Made by a program: the position numbers and the translations under genes. A DNA stretch of 63,663 nt, the filler included, from Squatina squatina (lineage: Eukaryota): NCBI GenBank assembly GCA_031763465.1. It is 4 parts of 4 records of this genome, joined end to end, with 100 filler letters (N's around TTAATTAATTAA, not from the genome) between each part and the next. Parts side by side here need not be neighbours in the genome. Positions count along the whole stretch, not along the records: positions 1 to 17,377 come from JARFOE010000080.1; 3 more parts are not named here. One strand, 5' to 3'. The notes below the pieces were generated by a model. That model was given only the letters and a program-made list of their open reading frames with translations. It searched no databases and had not been told where the DNA came from. Shown here in pieces: positions 1 through 13,619 of the stretch; the first letter of the stretch is position 1, and each line of letters opens with the position of its first letter.

Positions 1-2480
1 AGCTGACTGTTCAGTGTCAAAGAATGTGGAAAAGGGACATGTTGACATTTTTTCAGCATCTCTGTTGAATCCCAAGATATCATGGATTTTCTTTGCTGTT
101 TTAGTGGAACTGCTGTCTTGTATCTTGACAAATTGCCTCAGGATATTATTGTGACAAAAGAAAAATAACCTTCAAAAGTTTCCGTGACTTTAATTAACTA
201 TTGGATTGGTAAAATTCAGCAACTGTAGCAGGTGAAGACATTTAGATAAATGAGACCAAATATTTCCAGATCTTTATCACAGAAAGTGTAGGTGATGTTA
301 GTGAGACAGAACTCGCAGTGTGTTTACAGAGCAGATAATTGATCTTCACTGATGTTGTCTGCTGATTCACGACCAATACTTCCCATTATATTGTGAACCA
401 CCCAAATTCTCCTCTTCTTGCCATAATGGTGTCACTTGTCTTAACCCACACTCCTGTCTTAAAGGGCAGCCAGTTCAGGCTGTGGATTTAATCATGGTCA
501 CAATAAGTAACTCTTCATGGTTTAAAACTGGTTTCCACTTATTTATTGGAAATTAAGGTGTAGGGCTCAACTATGGGAAATGGGCAGTTGTGCCCCAAAA
601 AGGACAGGCACAGCATACCATCCCATTACGACCATTGCTGTGACCACAGTAATATTCAACAAGGGCTACCACTAGGCAGGCAGAGTGGCTGCGGAGACAG
701 GGAGTATGCCCGTTAATAATGAAAATCAGGGTTCTATGAAGTCAATGGGACCCTGACTGCCATTTATGGACTGAGCTGGGTGGAATGTGGTCAGAACATG
801 CTCCGATCAGTATCAGGTGATGGTCCGGCCAAAGATGACCCGACAGAAGAGTTCCTCTTCATTTTTGTGAGGCGGAGAGAAACAGGATTGCCACTCTGAT
901 CCTGCCCACCCCTCCGCATATCACCCCCTGCTACGCTCCACCCTCCACCNNNNNNNNNNNNNNNNNNNNNNNNNNNNNNNNNNNNNNNNNNNNNNNNNNN
1001 NNNNNNNNNNNNNNNNNNNNNNNNNNNNNNNNNNNNNNNNNNNNNNNNNTACCATGAAATGGGTATTGATTTGCCTCAGAGAATGAATCTGGTGTATTCT
1101 ACAAGAGAAAAATGAATGTTCTGAAGACAAGATGCTAATGTATATTTAATGCATCTGTAATGAGGCTAAATCCTGCATGAAATGCAATAGGGATTAGCTC
1201 AGTTGTTAGCGGCAGTGCTTGGAGGAAGAATGAGATTGTATAAACTAATTTTATTAATGAACCGGTAATTGAACTGATACGGACACGGTCCAGCAAAAAT
1301 GATTGCAGGAAGGTTCACTCTACAGCCTGTCAGTTTTAGATTTTGAAACAAACTCAAGATATTACACTTCTCTAATTTATTTATATGTATTTCTGCCACT
1401 CTCACTGGCTGGTAACTGAATTTACTGTAAATTAAATGCTGCTGTAATTGTATTATCATCCCATTGTGCTCACGGAGGTTAAATGATCATCTCTGTCACC
1501 ATACAGGTATTCTATGCATCTGTATATGTTTGAAAGAGTGCATTATCTGAAGAATGCCTTTATCATAAAAGAATTTCTGACATACTTCATTGTATTGATG
1601 TCTTGTTGTCCATTACAAATGAGTTTGTATAAACTGGGATTGCACTTTGTGATAAACTTCCATGCAAAGCACAGTACAACTCAAAGCAATCTGCCTCCGA
1701 CCCCCTTAGGCAATTGGAACTAGTCCAGGAGGCCACTGGCCCTGGTAATGCCATGAAGTATCAACCTTTTGTGAAAGGGATTTGTATTTGTACATTGAGC
1801 CACATGGACAGGAAAGGTTCCAGGTTCAACCACCCCCCCACTCCCTGGTGTGAGCTCAGTTAACTGATCTCAAGTCAGGGGCGCTACTATTGGCCGAAAA
1901 GACCCTGTGTTAGGAAGGGTGCTGGCACATGATCATCATCCAGAGCACCCCCCCCCCCCACCCCTTTTTTTAGCTGGAAAATCCCTGTGCTTTTTTTAAG
2001 CATCAGGGGGCTGTGACGCCCCCTACAGTCATATAGGTCAACAGCACTCACAACCCGGGCTTGTACATGAAGACTAGCCAATTAGGGTAGGTACCAAAGA
2101 CCTGCGCACCAGTAAGCTGTACCCCAGTTCAGAGTGTGCACCTGCAGGAGAGGATTGGAGCAGAAATGAAGGAAAAGAAACAATAGCATCGGACTCCCAA
2201 TCAAGAGAATCAGGCCGGGCTGATCTTGTGGGTATATATCTGGGCAGGGGAAGAGGTAGTTTCCTTGCCACAGTGTTCAGTTATATCTCCAAGCTGTTTG
2301 AACAAGAAGTGTCGCCTTTGGTCATGAGTTGTACGGTGCAACTTTACATAGCTCCTTTCACATCTTTGGGATGTCCCAAANNNNNNNNNNNNNNNNNNNN
2401 NNNNNNNNNNNNNNNNNNNNNNNNNNNNNNNNNNNNNNNNNNNNNNNNNNNNNNNNNNNNNNNNNNNNNNNNNNNNNNNN

Positions 2481-2756
2481 GTGGCCCAGGATCGCCCGCA
2501 GTGGAGGAGAGACATCCATGAAGGCACCAACCGTTTTGAGTCACTCCGGCGGAAGCACGCTGAGGACAAACGTCGGCAGAGGAAGGAGCGCGCAGCAACA
2601 CGCTCATCCCTGCCACCTGGCTCTTCAAGTATCACCTGCCCCACCTGCGGCCGTGTCTGCGGTTCCCGCATTGGACTATCTAGCCACCTCAGAACCCACA
2701 ACTCCGGAGTGGAAGCAAGTCATCCTCGAACTGAGGGACGATCTAAGAAGAAGAAA
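2481..2756 (+). mobile_element. RTE-clade LINE, 3' end
   Basis: Reads AQDRPQWRRDIHEG...CPTCGRVCGSRIGLSSHLRTH, the C-terminal C2H2 finger typical of vertebrate RTE ORFs, and ends in an (AAG)n tail near 2746-2756. The 5' part is lost in a gap. Confidence 0.85.
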
Positions 2757-2934
2757 TATGCTGAGGGATTAGGTGCAACAGTGGGTTAGTCTATTATCCT
2801 TCCAGTTCTCTGACTTTGGTTCCCTGGACACCTGAGAAAAATCTGATCAGAAACTGCTGGAAATACTCAGCAAGCAGGGAAAGTGGTAATGGAACAAGTA
2901 AAGAATCAAAAGATGGGTCTAAAGGAGCCTTTCC

Positions 2935-3214
2935 ACTCCCTTTTGCCTTGCGCCATCAGCCCTTTTGTTATTTAATCACTCCAACCTATCACAGACCTTC
3001 CCTTTTGTTCTCTCCACCCTTTTCCCTGCCCTTTGCCAACCTCTGTACTTGCTTAAAGCCTCTTATATCTGTAACATTTTCCAGTTCTGATGAAAGGTCA
3101 TCGACCTGAAACATTAACTGTTTCTCTCTCCACAATGCAGTCTGACCTGCGGAGTATTTCTAGCATTTTCTGTTTATATTTCAGATTTCTAGCATCCGCA
3201 GTATTTTGCCTTTG
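2935..3214 (+). mobile_element. Penelope-like element 3' terminal repeat
   Basis: The same sequence recurs at 33738-33897 (minus) and 37256-37387 (plus), the latter abutting a Penelope-type RT fragment. It contains a hammerhead core. Confidence 0.75.
3082..3120 (+). ncRNA. minimal hammerhead ribozyme-like motif
   Basis: CAGTT-CTGATGA-A-AGGTC(ATC)GACCT-GAAAC-ATT-AACTG: core boxes CUGAUGA and GAAA, a perfect 5-bp helix II and helix I CAGTT/AACTG. Helix III is degenerate. Confidence 0.65.
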
Positions 3215-3989
3215 AGAGAATCTAGTATTTGCTTTTTAATGAAAATATTGTCAAACACGCCCTGTAACTGATTTCCCTGCAGCACTGAGGGGCACCAAGA
3301 CTGAGTTCACACTATACCCAATAGCTAAGTATGATAGTCATCTTTCCCCCCTCTTTTCATTTGTAGTGCTACTCAGCACAGCACTATACTCAGCTTCAAA
3401 GAGCTGGGGGTTAAGTTCCGAACAACACAAAAATTGCATGCAGTTAACCCTAAGCAAAACTGTCTAAGCAAGCTTGCGGCCCCAGTAGTGAGCAGGGCTC
3501 AATTGGCGAAGGCTATGTCGGAGGCAATTGAGAACCATGCTCTGATTTCATACACCAGTGTTTTTCCGCAAGCCTTTCCCGATGTGAATGAGTAATGGGG
3601 AAAAACGGTGGTGCTTTTAAGCCTCATGTTAAGGAGAACTCAATCAGTTCTGTAGTTTAAGCACTGCATCATTATATTTAAGTCTGCTTCTTCACTTTAA
3701 TCACTGGTGCACCTTAAAACTACCACTCCTCAAGTCAGTGCTTATATGCCTATTGTGATGTACCTCACCTGCTTATCCTGTTTTCAGTCCGTGAGAGTGT
3801 CTGTATTTGTGAATGAGCACTTTAGCAGCTGTTGATGTCAATCTGGTTGACAATAACTGGAGGTAGATTTCAGTAACATACGGGCGTGGTAGCATCGGGA
3901 CACACCAGAAAGTCACAGCCAGGGGCTGAATTCAACCTTTACTTTGCGGAATTCCAATACTATTGCGTCTCCCTACCATCAGTTAACTA

Positions 3990-4305
3990 GTTCTTCACCG
4001 GGTCCAAGATCCTGAACTCAGCCACCTTTCCAAGTAACCTATTGCAGCTGTTGATTACTGTTTGTGTAAAGAGATATTTTCTAACCTCTGGCCTAAGTTT
4101 GCCCTTCCCATCTTGAAGCTGAGTCATTTTGTTTTGCAGCCTTGATATTTTTGAAACTTTTACACTGGGTTTACCTTCTTATCCCATTTTATATACCCGC
4201 TCTGAGTAGTTTCTTTTTGAGATGTACAGCCCAGCTTACGAAGTCGTAACTCATCCTCTAACAGTGGGAACTAGCCTCATTATTCTCTTTTACACCACCG
4301 CTCTG
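3990..4305 (-). mobile_element. old CR1 LINE 3' fragment
   Basis: Degenerate similarity to the CR1 ORF2 C-terminus seen more clearly at 41921-42337. Confidence 0.45.
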
Positions 4306-5134
4306 AAGAGAAAGACCATCTAAAATTTGCTATCCTCTAACTATTATACTGGATGACTGTCAGAGACCTAGAGACCAACGAAGCACAGTTTGAGTTTGAG
4401 TTGAAATACTTGATTGTCTAATGATTCACTGACTGCTGTACTCTGGATTTATCTTCCTGTTATGGCTTAATATCGAAGTGCGAGAGGTGAGGGAGAAATA
4501 TTGTACCTGTGGAGTTGCTATCAATTGAAGCAAGTTTATTTAATGTGGGATATTAAAAGTCTCAATGTAGATTAAGTAAGAATCCATCAAGCTGTTCTAA
4601 AATGAAATCCAAAGCTAATGGATTTCTTGCTGTGGCAATACGTTTTAGTGCCTTTATAGTCAGAGCCTTTCTATACTTCAGTGACACCTGTGCAACCCCA
4701 TTCTCCTGAGGTTTCTTGCATTCCCTTCATCTGTCTCATCACACCACACCCTGAGTTAAAAGGAATGCTTCATTAATTGGCTGAAGTAGATGAGAATAGC
4801 CTGCAGCTCAGCTGTATGGCTGCCACAGAGGCCACAGTGCTTTGGTGGGTATTTTAACAAACTGTTTTCTTTCTCCCGGCAACTCTACATCACAGGTGAA
4901 ACTAATTGTACACTGACTGTCTTGGCTTGCAAATCCTCGCAGGCTGCCTGTTGGGAAGATCCAGGCTGTCAGTGCTGCTGTTCACAGCAAAGCTGTGAAA
5001 ACAAACACTCTGAGATCATAAGTGCTGATGACAGNNNNNNNNNNNNNNNNNNNNNNNNNNNNNNNNNNNNNNNNNNNNNNNNNNNNNNNNNNNNNNNNNN
5101 NNNNNNNNNNNNNNNNNNNNNNNNNNNNNNNNNN

Positions 5135-6298
5135 TCCCGGGTTTCCTAAAATTCGCCAATGAAAGCAAGCCGAGAACACAATTGAGGGGGGCTGATTAAA
5201 GCTCATGAAAATACTGTAATAAATATTCAATACTCACAGGTGCTTTCCTACCTACTCGTGGGAAAGTGTTTGTTCACAGTACTTTTGCTGAAAGTTTACT
5301 TGCTGCACTTTCTGAATCACATCAGGATGGACGGCGCCTTGCTTGCCTTAGATTGGAGCTTGGGTGAGGGGCAATATAATCATCAGCAGCAGCAGCCTGC
5401 TGTTGAGAGACTTGCAGCTGGACAGCAGAAAGGGCAGCAGCAGAGAGAGGAGCAGCAGAGAGGAGAGCTGCAGAGAGGGGAGCAACAGAGAGGGGAGCAG
5501 CAGAGAGGGGTGCTGCAGAGAGGGGAGCAGCAGAGGGGTGCAGCTCACACGTGGCACTATTCACGACACAGGGTGTACAGGCAGAGACTGAGTTTCCTTG
5601 CCATGTCTGGACAGCAGTGTCTCAGGGGGCTCAAGTTGTTGTTTCAGGTGGTGGCAGACATCTGCAACGTGCTAGAAGAAGACGTGTCAAAGTGACCACC
5701 GCCCTCAACCTTTTTGCCTCTGGATTCTTCCAAGGCTCTGCCAGGGACTCCCAGTCGACAGCCCACAAATGCATAAGACAAGGTGACTGATGGCTTGTTT
5801 TCCAGGGCCGGCGATAATGTCAACTTCCCGTGATGTTGTCAGTCAGAATGAGTGGGTGCTTGGGTTTGAGTCTCTGGCTGGCTTCCCACAGGTGCAGGAT
5901 ATCATCGACTGCACACACATGTGGCAATCCAGGCACCCCCAGATCAACCAGGAGTATTTATCAACCGCAAGGGCTTCCACTCCATTAAAGTGCAGTTAGT
6001 GTGCAACCACAAAAAGATGTGCAAGATTCCGAGGGAGCTGCCATGATGCTTTAGGCATGCAGCAGTACAAGCTCCCTGATGTCTTCAGACCTGCAAGCAG
6101 ACTTAAGAGGTGATTGCTAGGAAACAAGGGATACCCACTTAAAACTTGGCTGATGACACCAATCAGAAGCCCAACCAATGAAGCCCAACAACGAACTACA
6201 ATGAATGCCTTATGACCAGCACATATGTAATTGAACAAACCACCGGCATGCTGAAGATGTGCTTCAGGTGCCTAGACAGATTTGGAGGCACCCTTCAG
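5135..6298 (+). mobile_element. PIF/Harbinger transposon, decayed DDE transposase
   Basis: Frameshifted motifs [36 protein letters not shown] (IIDCTH at 5901-5918), [24 protein letters not shown] (catalytic D to N, upstream stop) and VIEQTTGMLKMCFRCLD. Confidence 0.9.
5435..5539 (+). repeat. 15-bp tandem repeat, 7 copies (consensus GAGCAGCAGAGAGGG)
   Basis: Directly visible and in frame as (EQQRG)n in the transposase N-terminus. Confidence 0.9.
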
Positions 6299-8759
6299 NN
6301 NNNNNNNNNNNNNNNNNNNNNNNNNNNNNNNNNNNNNNNNNNNNNNNNNNNNNNNNNNNNNNNNNNNNNNNNNNNNNNNNNNNNNNNNNNNNNNNNNNTC
6401 GGCCACTCTAATGCCCTTCTCTGACACGGGACTCGGCGGCCGCCATTTTGATGAGGGTCTTGCTGGCTCTGGAGATGCAAATATGGAGAGCATGATTTCA
6501 GTCGGCATACAACGCCGAATTAGCATCGTGCTCTGCGAACTTGGACCTTAGTGCTGAGTTTAGCATCTGGGTCCTAAGCTCGCTCTGAAAAGCAAGCGTG
6601 ACAGAGATGCTGTCAGCACTTCTTAAAGGTTCACATACATCTTTCAGATAAGTTTGCATTTAAGCTTTTGGGCTGGAATTTTTATATTTTAATATTACTT
6701 TGGCTGTTTTCCTGTGACTGACAGAAGATTATCTCTAGCATCTTATCCATATTAAAGCAGAGAGATATTAAATTAAAATGCTGTATTTTATAAAACCTGT
6801 AAAAATCTAGTTTGAGAGGGAAAAATTAAATATTGGCGATATCCATTGGACTTCAGAAAGTTAATGAAATTTTGTCAGAGTTCCATCTTATTATGTTGCT
6901 AAATTCTCAATTTCATACAATTGGAGTGCAGTGTGGAGTGGTAGTCTGAGGTTGCAGCTGAAGCACGAAGAGTTTTACTGTCCATCTGGTCAAGTTCTGT
7001 TGGACCAGAGAGGGTTTGATTGCACCGCATCTGTTAAAAGCAATAAAGCCTTTCTTGTCTCTTGGAATAATGGCCTTTAAACACAAACACACAAAAGATT
7101 GGCCTATTTGGCAAACAATGTGTTTCTGTGACCAGTCAGTGAGTGTATAGACTGCATGGTATAGTGTTGAGCCAGACAGAGCANNNNNNNNNNNNNNNNN
7201 NNNNNNNNNNNNNNNNNNNNNNNNNNNNNNNNNNNNNNNNNNNNNNNNNNNNNNNNNNNNNNNNNNNNNNNNNNNNNNNNNNNCTGAAGAATGAAGAACT
7301 GCTCCAGTGACCTGTACACCTCGCACTGAATTCTTCATGCATGAAATAAATAGCTTTATAATAACCAAAAGTAGGTCTTGACCCGCCAGTCATCATGTAC
7401 TAAACCTGTGACATTCATATTGATATTGCAAAGTAAACCAGAGGCTGCTTTGAATTGTTTCTTCCTGCTGGGTATTTATTTGATCTTGTAATGAATAATT
7501 ACATTTTTCCCCATGGGTTTCTGCAAATTCTATGATAAAACAAATGGAATCCCAAAGTGAGCCTAATTCACTGAACTCCACTTGTGCTCACCGGAGTGCA
7601 ATGTTAGAGTCACTGCTGTTCATTTAAAGGAGCTGATCATCAGGGGAATCTTTTGCTTCTCTTTCAAGTCAGAATTTCCACCCTCCAACTAAAACTTCCA
7701 TCCTCACGAGGTTTCCTCTCATCGTTATTTTTTTTACCCCACCAGCTTGTTACAAAAGCCCAAACCCATGTTTAGGCAAGGGGCTCAAATGAAACAACAG
7801 CAATGTGAGGCAGACTTAACATAAGATCAAGGCAGCAGGAAGCTGACATAAGTCTTAATGATGACAGTAAAAGAGATCAAAGGCTTGAATCACCTCAGTC
7901 AGAACTATCCCTTTAAATGCATTGACCAGCCCACTGTGAGTCTACAGATGCTCTCAGTAGGGAACCAAGATCTGGTTGCTATGAAGCTGTCTTTGAATCT
8001 TGCTTTTGTCTCTTAATTAATGATAATTATTTTACAATGCTGTTAAAATTGCTATTCAATTGCATTTGTCAGTGGGACTTTTTTTTAACCCAGTATCTGC
8101 TTAATTTAAACTGGGAATTTTAAAGTTTAACACAGCTACAATATGCTCACAATAAATTGATTTGTCTTTTTAATCACACTGGGATAACTTTGCTGTAGGT
8201 AATCAAAGTGTTTAATAAAAAATGTTAACAGGAAATGCAGGAATTACACAACAGGCTGGTCAGTATCTGTAAAAAGAATAGAGTTTATTGTCCATATATC
8301 CTGCATCAGAATAGTTACACAGATTTCCCACAATTTGTNNNNNNNNNNNNNNNNNNNNNNNNNNNNNNNNNNNNNNNNNNNNNNNNNNNNNNNNNNNNNN
8401 NNNNNNNNNNNNNNNNNNNNNNNNNNNNNNNNNNNNNNCCCCCTGAATCTTTTACATGTTGAATTTTAAAAAGAAAATCGAACAGATATTGCATTATGAT
8501 TAGTAACTGTGATGTCATAATTGTACTTGCCCACCATGAAACTGCTTTTTGATAGTTAAAATATACTTTTCATGCAGTATCATTTTGCTAAAATTAAATA
8601 CACATTCATAAAATAAACAAAATAATCTGATTTTCAGCGATTGAATGTTAAATTAATTCTATTTATGGGTCTCTCAGATTACTTACAACTTTGTCATTCA
8701 TAAGTCATTTGCTCATCTTATTGATGTGCTAAATTCTATACTTAGCAGCTAAAGATGTA

Positions 8760-8865
8760 GGCCCTGAAATTCTGTGGGGTTCTCCCACTTTCCTGCCATA
8801 ACTTTGGAGGGAGAATAACAGAACCCCCCCAAAAAAAAACATAGGACCCCTTGAGTTTCAGGGCC
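8760..8865. mobile_element. short MITE-like element
   Basis: Terminal inverted repeats GGCCCTGAAA / TTTCAGGGCC. Confidence 0.55.
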
Positions 8866-9840
8866 AAAGTATCCTCAATTCCTTCATTGTAACACGTTTC
8901 AGCAATGAACCTGACACATTTGTGAGATAATTTTTAAAAATGAATGCATCATTGAAGTGCAATGTTTCAGTATCTGTGTCCACACCCTCAAGAATTTGAA
9001 TAACAATGCCGAAGACTGTGAATCATCATAAAGCGAGAGAGCAAACTACAGAAACCAAGGAATCGTCAGTCACACCAGCCAGGCTGGATTTTACTTACGA
9101 GGCGTAGCAGTATGGCAATTGAGGCCCAGCCCTTGCACTGCCTGCCAGCACACATTTACCTGTCTTATGTGGCTGTACTTTGTAGCCCTGAATGGTGATT
9201 CCAATCGTATTTTAAATGGCACTTTCTGTGTTGCAAACACCTGAATTCCAGATGGCCAGTAGACAGGAAATGGCATGGCTTCACACAGAACAAATGTTGC
9301 AGCCACTTCCTCCCTGTAGATTACATTTTAAAGGCAGACCTGAATAAATAAAAATTAATTTGGAAACCTGGACCTGTAAGCAATGTCTTATTTCTTTATT
9401 TTTCTTCACTGGGATTTGTATAATATATGCTGCTTGCGCTCTTAAGGTTGGAATATTTAAATCCTTGAAATTGTGCAAGGCCGTGGAACCTTTAGAAAGA
9501 AGTAAAATAGATTTCTTGCCTCCCGACCACCACAACAAATCAGCCCTTGTGGCCTCTCACACTTTGTGCCATAAAACAGATGCCCCGTGAAAACAAAATT
9601 AAATTATTTGCCTTGCAGCAAAACCAATCTGGCTTGTGAAATGCGATGAAAGCCATTTGTGACGCAACATAAGTATAATAAATTTTACCCTAATCTAGAG
9701 GTTTGCTTTGTAACATATTGTGTCTGTGGCCTAGTGATATAGATTGGCATTATTATGCATTACTCAGTAAATAGATGATATTCAAGATAAAAATTGGAGT
9801 TACATTCAAAACCCTTTGAATAACCAGGCACTAAGTTGTT

Positions 9841-9860
9841 TATATATATATATATATATA
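9841..9860. repeat. (TA)10 microsatellite
   Basis: Directly visible. Confidence 0.95.
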
Positions 9861-12800
9861 TTTATAGATAAAGGAAAGAAGCTCTTCAGAATGAATAGTC
9901 ATTAACTGGATCATTTACTGAGCTTAGGGTATTAGTTAGTGGAGAGTAACATCACCAACTAAGATATTATCCATTTTATATAATGAACTGATGGGATAGA
10001 GTTAGAANNNNNNNNNNNNNNNNNNNNNNNNNNNNNNNNNNNNNNNNNNNNNNNNNNNNNNNNNNNNNNNNNNNNNNNNNNNNNNNNNNNNNNNNNNNNN
10101 NNNNNNNATCCCGTAAATCTAAGCTTTTAGTTCTTCATTCCCAGTAACCTTCAGACTATGCATTACAGTTCAGGTTTCTATACAGCATCTTTACATGACA
10201 TCATGGGAGTGGCAATTCGAGCAGAAGCACTCTGCAGTTCCTTGCAATTAATTAGTTAATTAAACGGCATTGGCTCATGTTGAAGCACTGGTTCCTTGTA
10301 CTGCAGCTGCCTGTGTGACGTGACACAACTCTATGGGAGTCCTCTCATTCAAAGAAACTAGAACAATTAGATCACATTTTCCCTAATCTCCCTAATCTGC
10401 TGTACTCCACTTTTATACTCAGACAAATCCTTAATCAATTATGTCATCCCCCTCCCACTCACAAAAGGCTACATTGGAATAGGGATTTTCTTTTTAATGA
10501 AAAGCCGTTTTATATCTTTGAGCCTTGTCACACTACGTGTAAATGCAATGCTATTCTTCACCATCCAGCTAGTCATTTGTTTCCAATGTAATGCCTGGAG
10601 TGCTAGATGCTATTGCTGGTCACCCTGAATTATCCTCTATCGATCAAAAACGCTGCTTCATCTGGCCAAACGTGTTGACAGCTCACAGCACGGTTATGGC
10701 TTCCTACCTATTCATACTTTTTAGAGTCTTTAAGAAAATGATTGAAAAGCCAGATTTAAAATAAGTCAACATCCATAAAGTTTGTTGACAGCAAATAGTG
10801 ATTTCACTTAATAGAAAATTGAGGCATAAGAACTGACCAGGCTCTGGGATTTTTATCTGCATTCTAGAATAAAGAAACTAGCAAAAGATAGAGATGGGAA
10901 AAAAAAGGAATAGTTGCTTCCTTTGGCTGCTAAATTTTGACAAAGCAGCACAGCACCTAAAAGCTTGCCCACAGTAGCATTTTTTTCACCTAATTGACCA
11001 CCATTGGGCCAAGAAGCATCACCGACCTGTGGTGACCTTTGAACTTTGTTTCTGTACACACTGCCTGGAGCTGAATGTTAAGCTAATAATAGTAAGTGTT
11101 GACTGAACAGGCTTCACAAGGACCAACCTCGAGTAAAACAGCCCATTCATGCCATTTTCCCTTCCAAATATTCCTCCCCTATTCTTCTGAAGATATTTTC
11201 TGTTCCTGGGGTAGGGGTTCATTGGTCCTGGCACCCCTGTGATAAAATGGCCATTTTTTTTGATATGTGAGACTCAGTAGTGAGTTATGATATTCTCTGG
11301 TGGCAGACCACACCAAAGTGACTGTTTTCAACAGTGAGAACCATTATTTTTCAAACTTATTTTCTGTCTAAATTTATTGTTGGGAACTAGATATTGAAAC
11401 CATGCCCTGTGTATCAAATGCAAATGGCATTGGAACCTGCCAATCCTTTTAAGCTGGTCAACTGTATTGTGCAACAGGAAGCTAGCATTGAAAGTCATTT
11501 TTGCTGCACTAAACTATTAGATGAAAATAATGCTGGGGATATATTTCTGCATCAATTTTTTTTACTTTTAATCATATGCAGTCTTTATATTTAAAAAAAA
11601 AAAATTCTAACTGAATAGAAATTTAGAGCTACAGCCCTTAAAGGCTAGTATTTGAATCTTAGTTGCAACTGCTAGAATTCAATTTCTGTCTACAGCTGTC
11701 TCCTTAAACCTCTGTCTCTTCACCCTCACCTCCATCAACCAGTGCAAGGAGTTTGTACACTCAGACTTGGCGACTAACAATTCTATCTGAATCACCCTCC
11801 AGGCTCCTCCCTAACCTGAATCCACAACACGCGCTTCTCTTCCCTCNNNNNNNNNNNNNNNNNNNNNNNNNNNNNNNNNNNNNNNNNNNNNNNNNNNNNN
11901 NNNNNNNNNNNNNNNNNNNNNNNNNNNNNNNNNNNNNNNNNNNNNNNNNNNNNNNNNNNNNNNNNNNNNNNNNNNNNNNNNNNNNNNNNNNNNNNNNNNN
12001 NNNNNNNNNNNNNNNNNNNNNNNNNNNNNNNNNNNNNNNNNNNNNNNNNNNNNNNNNNNNNNNNNAAAAGGCATGGTAATCATTCAGCTTAGAAAGTAAC
12101 AGGTAGAAAGCTCCCAAGTTCAATCCCTGCATTAGCCCGCCCTGTGGGATCAGAAGGGAAGACAGAGAGTAGGAAAGGAAAAGTCAACCATTTGTGCCAG
12201 AAAAAAGTATGCTACATGAAGACAGGGCTGGGTGCTTTTGGGCGATTCCTAAAGTTGACACCCTTAGCTTAACTTCATGCATGAAAAAAGTCTCTCTGTT
12301 GCAAGGTGAAAGGAGGGCCACAGTCACCAAATGAACTGTATCTCTATGTGCGTCATTGCATTCAGGAGAGATTGGTAATGAGTGGAAATCAAATACTCAT
12401 ATTTAGTGTGTAATTTTTTTAGCTGCCAAGCACAATAGTTAGAGCAATTAAATAATTGGGTACATACAAGCCCTTGCATGTATGAGTTGGTTAATGAAAA
12501 ATAATAGACAGGTAATCGACTTACTGTCTGGTTTTGCTTTTCTCTGATTTTAAATGGAGACATGTCTGTGTGCATTATAATATCAATTCAGCATCTTTGA
12601 CTGTGCAATCAGACTTGCTCTGTGGTCTGAACATCTTGTGAATACCAAAAATCCATCCATCATTAATCAGCCGCCAGTCGAGTAATTAATGGACTGGCCA
12701 ACTAACCACAGATATCTGTTAATTGTCACAGCTACAGGAATATAAATGTGCGGGGGAGGCGTTTCTAGAAATGTTCACGTCAGGGGCGTGACCAATTACA

Positions 12801-13619
12801 TACTATCACAGGCGATTAGACACAAAAGCCTTTGTGTGCTTACAATGAAATGGCAGCACCTATTGGAACAATGGATTTACATTTTTATAGGCAATGTAAA
12901 ACAAGGAGCTGTCTGGCTTCACTGAAATTGCACAGTGTATCCCTAATGTGTCCAGTAGCAGTTATAATTTGGCTATGGGAGAATTCATGAAACAATAAAG
13001 GGAGCAGCAGCTAACAGGAAAATGCATGACAAAAAGCCCACCCCCTAGGAGAAAATGATAAAGGGCTTGGCAGCTTCTCTTTGATGGGAATATCTCTCCC
13101 ATATTCATATGCTAACACTACCATTCTCTTTCAGACCATTTGCTGTGTTTCTTTTATAATCTATTTGTACTGTGTAGTCTAATGATTCTCTTCTTTGGCA
13201 ATGCACATTCATTTTAGTGAGTAGAGGCTCAATAACCGATGCATCATATTTTTGGTACAGGTTTGCACTCCAAATTGACGTTTATTGGTTCTATAATCCG
13301 TGCAATATGGTTAATGTAATGTGTATGTGCTTATTGGAAGATGCCTGTGGCATTGCTCTTAGTAATTTGGATACCATCAATAAAATGTGCAAGGTAAAAT
13401 ATTGCAGGAAGCAGGAAATGCGTCTATATGCAAGATGCATATAAAAACAAAGTTGTGGGTCTCTCATGGTTTTTCTCACAGTAATTCAGATGGTATAGAT
13501 GCAACTAGGATGGTAAAAAATACAGAGAAAAGACAGGGAATTGGGATTAAAAAGATAGAGCTAAAAGAAAAGGGCAGGAAGGCTGCATAGTGGTGTTTCG
13601 GTTTCTATGAACCATCTTT

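Noticed and set aside
5240-6298. Domesticated HARBI1 gene
   Set aside because: Multiple frameshifts and stops, a mutated catalytic Asp, and related decayed copies nearby.
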